Assembly: GCA_965205865.1 (NCBI GenBank)
Contig: CBDBHR010000029.1
Coordinates: 384,001-448,000 of the forward strand
Origin: a bacterium
GTDB taxonomy: Bacteria; SAR324; NAC60-12
Direction: 5' to 3'
DNA length: 64,000 nucleotides
Of this stretch, positions 61,823-64,000 are shown one piece after another. Numbering within the stretch: the stretch's first letter is position 1; every line of letters starts with the position of its first letter. Below the pieces are notes generated by a model. It had not been told where the DNA came from. It was given only the letters and a program-made list of their open reading frames with translations, and searched no databases. Made by a program: the position numbers and the translations under genes.

Positions 61823-63073
61823 TTAAAAGGCAGGTAATTTTTTGGGAATGAAGTGTTTTTTCAATTGTCCATATCGTGGAATGCCAGCAGAAAAAGGTGG
61901 AAAATCTTCTCCTTCAATCAACGGGCGACAATATTTGATAAACGCCTCTGTGACGTCGAAACCGTCAGCACTGATATAAAAGTCAGGCAGCAATTTTTCT
62001 TGATTGGCAATGTTCGCGGCATCGGTATGACTGACACTCCAGCGGTAAGGATCGTTGTTTTCCCTCACAAGGATGACCATCTGACCATTCAATTGGTCCT
62101 TTGCCATGGCCACCGCATGCTGCCCGCACGCAATTGCCTGTTCGAGGTCCACCCGGGAGGCCAAATGCCTGCCTGATCGTTGACAGTAGTCCAAAAGAGC
62201 TCCGTGGGTTTTAAGTCCCAATTTTTCTTTGATGAGCGATTGTAGCACATGGACAACGCCCCCCAATTGCGCATGGCCAAATTGGTCGGTTGTTCCGCTT
62301 TCGGAAAGAAACCGTCCATCCTCTCCTTTTGCCCCTTCCGAAACGGCCACGACGCAAAATCCATTGAGAGCGACCACCTCTTGCACCTTCTTTAAAAATT
62401 GCTTTTCAACAACAGGTCTTTCGGGTAGCAAGATGAGATGAGGAGGTTCGCCTTCCGAACGACGTGCCAAGGCCGTTGCTGCAGCAATCCATCCCGCATG
62501 CCTTCCCATTGTCTCCATCACAAAGACTTTAGTGGAGTCCCGATACATGGAAGCCACGTCAATACCACCTTCCAAAATTGAAATGGCATTATATTTTGCA
62601 GTGGAACCAAATCCAGGACAATTGTCTGTGATGGGGAGATCATTGTCGACGGTTTTGGGCACCCCGATGCTGATCAGTTCATATCCCATTTGTTCAGCAA
62701 CCCGAGCGATTTTACAGGTGGTATCCATGGAATCATTACCACCGTTGTAGAAAAAATAGCGAATGTTGTGCGCATCGAGCACCCGGATGATTCTTTCAAA
62801 TTCATGACGATTTTTTTCCAAATCCGGTAATTTACGACGACATGATCCTAAAGCTGCTCCCGGAGTATAGCGCAATGTTTCAATCGTGCTGGGGGATTCT
62901 TCTTGTAAATCGATCAAATTTTCCTCCAGAATGCCATTAATCCCCTGGAATCCACCGTAAATTTTCTCAATAAACTCCGCCTTCATTGCTTCGGTAATCA
63001 CACCATAAGCGGAACCATTGATGACGCTGGTCACCCCACCCGACTGCGCATAAACTGCATTTCCTCTTAACAT
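61823..63073 (-). CDS. 6-phosphofructokinase, PPi-dependent signature
   Basis: QSGG, GGNDS, PKTVDND, ETMGR. Confidence 0.88.
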   Translation of the reverse strand: MLRGNAVYAQSGGVTSVINGSAYGVITEAMKAEFIEKIYGGFQGINGILEENLIDLQEESPSTIETLRYTPGAALGSCRRKLPDLEKNRHEFERIIRVLDAHNIRYFFYNGGNDSMDTTCKIARVAEQMGYELISIGVPKTVDNDLPITDNCPGFGSTAKYNAISILEGGIDVASMYRDSTKVFVMETMGRHAGWIAAATALARRSEGEPPHLILLPERPVVEKQFLKKVQEVVALNGFCVVAVSEGAKGEDGRFLSESGTTDQFGHAQLGGVVHVLQSLIKEKLGLKTHGALLDYCQRSGRHLASRVDLEQAIACGQHAVAMAKDQLNGQMVILVRENNDPYRWSVSHTDAANIANQEKLLPDFYISADGFDVTEAFIKYCRPLIEGEDFPPFSAGIPRYGQLKKHFIPKKLPAF

Positions 63074-63366
63074 GATCTTTCCGAATATAAAGACCGGAGT
63101 AGATGGATTTTCCCATCTTTCAGGCAAAAAAAAAGCATACTTTTTTTTGTGAACCGCCCGCTTGTTTACTCAAACTCGCTAATAATAACAAGTTTTATAT
63201 CTCCCGATCCAGGATTAGCCGCGGAGCAATTTTTGTCGGTGACTTTAAAGAATCAGGACAGTCATGCTTCCCATAATTATTCTTGGCAGCATCTTATCTC
63301 TTTTGGGGCAAAAGGGACGATAGGGGCTTGCCCAACGAAAAGAATATTTGCGTTTTGATGCCGGAA

Positions 63367-63768
63367 TCATTCAGAATTCATCACGAGTTGGGCCCATTTA
63401 TGAACCCTGTGAATGGCGGCCTGCATCGATATAATCACGTCTTCCGTGTTGAAGGGTTTTTCAAAATAATCCGTTGCTCCTGCTTTCAGACATGCGATCA
63501 CTCTTTGTTTATTACTGTGGGCGGACATAATGAATACTTGAATCAAATTGTTGAAGCCTTTGATAAAACGCAATAGATCAATCCCGGACATGCCGGGCAA
63601 TTGCAGGTCCGAAATTACGATATAAAAATCTTCTGATTCAATCAGTTCCATTGCTTCCTCCGCCGAATGAGCAATAGCTACTTCATGTCCCAGATCTTTT
63701 AGAATTTCACTCAACAACAGTGTCATGTTTTTGTCGTCATCAACAACAAGAATTTTAGTGTACTCCAT
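63367..63768 (-). CDS. Single-domain response regulator (start uncertain)
   Basis: ILVVDDD, SDLQLPGMSG, KPF. Confidence 0.85.
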   Translation of the reverse strand: MEYTKILVVDDDKNMTLLLSEILKDLGHEVAIAHSAEEAMELIESEDFYIVISDLQLPGMSGIDLLRFIKGFNNLIQVFIMSAHSNKQRVIACLKAGATDYFEKPFNTEDVIISMQAAIHRVHKWAQLVMNSE

Positions 63769-64000
63769 GACTCTTTCGGCTATTGAGTTAATTTTTTTCA
63801 GTTCCACCTGCCATCGAAAAAATTCTCTTTTTTGTTCGAATAAGGAGGTTGCGTGTTTTTGTCTAGAGAGAAGCAGCCATTTTTGCAGACGCTGTTCATT
63901 ATCTGACTTTTTACTTTCTAGCAAAATTTCAACAAAGTTGAAATCACATTTGTTGAGTCAGAGTATAATACATGGATTTTTACAAAAAAATTGCTACTCC

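Overview
The window has two very different halves. Positions 1-42.4 kb are a heavily eroded accessory region. It holds one group II intron (class D/E-like IIB, RT disrupted) and two deleted derivatives, all inserted at the same GGG(T/A)CAGGCT|T target in repeats associated with a RAYT/TnpA-Y1 transposase. It also holds remnants of an attC-targeting group IIC intron, attC-like sites, several IS (an intact 2.4-kb DDE element, IS5, two IS1-like, IS66 and IS1380 remnants) and at least five MITE families, three of which carry REP-type hairpins. Six type II TA pairs and two Rpn genes are largely intact, whereas the paralogous peptide and sugar ABC importer modules are mostly pseudogenised; several of these share a low-GC leader/promoter module, two with a G-rich heptamer VNTR. 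Positions 42.5-64 kb are intact housekeeping genes of a diderm bacterium (hflX, nitrilase, murA with Cys->Asp, RDD, gspK, birA, PilZ, glnA, glnE, efp, argF, gltA, metF, bamA, lolD, PPi-type pfk, response regulator). A deltaproteobacterial/SAR324-like host is only my impression and is not verified. I found no rRNA, tRNA, CRISPR array or integron integrase. All coordinates were read by eye and family assignments come from motif recognition, not database searches.
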